64,000 bases of DNA from NCBI GenBank assembly GCA_025451045.1, contig JANWLD010000003.1, forward strand, positions 5,690-69,689, in the 5' to 3' direction. Position 1 is the stretch's first letter. The number at the start of each line of letters is the position of its first letter. Below, piece after piece: positions 62,655 through 64,000 of the stretch. The translations under genes and the position numbers were made by a program. A model generated the notes under the pieces. It saw only the letters and a list, made by a program, of their open reading frames with translations. It ran no database searches and was not told the origin of the DNA. Source of the stretch: Candidatus Saccharimonadales bacterium. GTDB taxonomy: Bacteria; Patescibacteriota; Saccharimonadia; Saccharimonadales; 2-12-FULL-41-12.

Positions 62655-63998
62655 TTAGGAAGTACTAAGGAAGAGACTATTTTCCAATTCGCCGTTTTCT
62701 ACCCTTTCCATTAGAGGGCCGGCAGTGATTTTGTATAGACTAGCATTTTGATTTTTTTGTTTAAAAAGCCCATATTGTCTGACAAGTTTCCGAGCCCGAT
62801 CGTATTTACGAAATTCTTTGGAGAATCCGAAAAGGTACGCTTGTTTGTTATAAGCAGACATCTGTCTTAAGGACATAATAAAATCAACAGCTTTTAGTTG
62901 ATGTTCATCATCTAACTCAGTAGCAATCGGGGCGTTTATCAGGGCAAGTCCAGCCCACGCGGATTTTTCCATAAGAGTGGACATAAGATGCATAAAATTA
63001 ACTTTTACAAATTCGTCTTTGGTATCAAAGAACATGTGTGTGATTTTATGGACGGTATCAATGAAGACCTTTGGATCTGTTTCGGCCAATTTTTTGAAGG
63101 AGGCATAGATAATATGTACACCTAATGAATGGGCTCGATTATCCGGGCTAGCGGGCTTTTCCTCAATTAATAGTTCAGGCTCTTTAGACGGGTCATCATA
63201 CCCAAACTTTGCCTTGTATTCTTCAGATAGAGAAGTAAATATTGGCAACCAGTCAAGCACGCCTTTTTCAAGTTCATCGGCATCTGCATAAGCTAGCTCC
63301 ATATACTCTCTGGCAAAGATACGATTAAATTCCACATAAAGGCCGTCTAGAAGCTTCAAATCACTATTTTTCAGATAATCAGAAACTTTTGCTTCCTCAT
63401 TAACTTCTTTAACTAATAGCTCAGGATCATAAATCAGCGTTGAAAGATATTCTTTTAGTATAGGTCCGAGTTCCTTTTTCTCACGCGACATGATTTTTCC
63501 GCCAGGAGTAACGATGGTTTCAATTAGTTCATTGTGTTCAAAAAATCTTTGTGTAATCTCAGGCGGTTCTTCACCGCACCACAGGGCTAATTCCTCAATC
63601 TCTGATTGTCTCTTGGCCTGATGATTTTTTTGTGCTTCCAATTTTTCCTGTTTAATTTCTTCTCGCTTCTTTTCGGTCTGATTATTCTTTGAACGGGGCG
63701 GGATAGATACTTCTGCCTGGGGCAGAGAATCGACTGGCTCCGATTCGGGCTCGGGCCTGACATGTTTTAGGGCTTTTAAGGTAGACATGTGTATGTCTTC
63801 ATCATCAACATGCTTCCTAATCCATTTTAACCCTTTGATAACAAGTCCGTGGTCAAGCACGATAAAGTCAATTCCGTCTACCGGTTCGCGCTCTTCCAGA
63901 ACACGCATATATCTTAGAGCATGAACGATTCCGTCCTGGCGGCCATTGGCATTTTTACTGCTCGCATCTGCAACTACTGAAAATTCTATAGTGTCCAA
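62655..63998 (-). CDS. Hypothetical protein (447 aa or more; reading frame is open to the window edge)
   Basis: Long AT-rich ORF. N-terminal globular part, a K/E-rich linker and a helical C-terminal domain. No motif recognised. The first tracked codon is TTG and the frame reaches the edge, so the 5' end may be missing. Confidence 0.55.
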   Translation of the reverse strand: MDTIEFSVVADASSKNANGRQDGIVHALRYMRVLEEREPVDGIDFIVLDHGLVIKGLKWIRKHVDDEDIHMSTLKALKHVRPEPESEPVDSLPQAEVSIPPRSKNNQTEKKREEIKQEKLEAQKNHQAKRQSEIEELALWCGEEPPEITQRFFEHNELIETIVTPGGKIMSREKKELGPILKEYLSTLIYDPELLVKEVNEEAKVSDYLKNSDLKLLDGLYVEFNRIFAREYMELAYADADELEKGVLDWLPIFTSLSEEYKAKFGYDDPSKEPELLIEEKPASPDNRAHSLGVHIIYASFKKLAETDPKVFIDTVHKITHMFFDTKDEFVKVNFMHLMSTLMEKSAWAGLALINAPIATELDDEHQLKAVDFIMSLRQMSAYNKQAYLFGFSKEFRKYDRARKLVRQYGLFKQKNQNASLYKITAGPLMERVENGELENSLFLSTS

Positions 63999-64000
63999 TG

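Noticed and set aside
1-64000. CRISPR arrays, tRNA genes, transposases/integrases, prophage blocks, recoded stop codons
   Set aside because: I saw no regularly spaced direct repeats, no cloverleaf-capable sequences in intergenic gaps, and no recombinase motifs. UGA terminates several well-conserved genes (for example the yqeY-like gene and serS), so the standard code applies.

Overview
This 64-kb chromosomal segment is gene-dense and uses the standard code (UGA serves as a stop). By gene content it reads like a reduced-genome Patescibacteria/CPR bacterium, possibly Saccharibacteria-like; that is inference only, with no search run.

Layout: the window opens in the 3' end of a 23S rRNA gene. 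A ~375-nt spacer and a 5S rRNA gene follow, then about 59 protein genes. Most are housekeeping:
- Translation: rpsA, infB, rpsU, rplU, rpmE, rpsB, tsf, frr, prfA-prmC, hpf, and ileS/proS/lysK/serS.
- Replication and division: priA, ftsA-ftsZ, parAB.
- Secretion and envelope: secA, lepB, an LCP protein, rseP.
- Nucleotide and protein maintenance: nrdR-nrdJ, def-fmt, map, adk, msrA.
- An isolated tyrA-pheA-ilvE block.

I recognised no tRNA, CRISPR array, transposase or integrase.

Features worth a second look:
1. A heliorhodopsin-like 7-TM protein. It keeps the TM7 lysine but seems to lack the canonical glutamate counterion.
2. A 2,321-aa single-pass giant surface protein with a cytoplasmic Cys4 zinc ribbon and an embedded poly-glycine domain.
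3. Three families of structured non-coding repeats:
   - a 75-nt hairpin element in two copies with compensatory stem changes;
   - a 337-bp segment bounded by perfect 35-bp inverted repeats between rpmE and rpsB;
   - a 29-nt hairpin core shared by the 23S-5S spacer and the nrdJ 3' region.
4. An AT-rich MORC-like GHKL ATPase next to the rRNA genes.
5. A 596-aa polyacidic tail-anchored protein.
6. A recurring promoter-abuts-start-codon (leaderless-type) architecture at 11 or more genes.

All functional calls come from motif recognition by eye. No database search or computation was possible.
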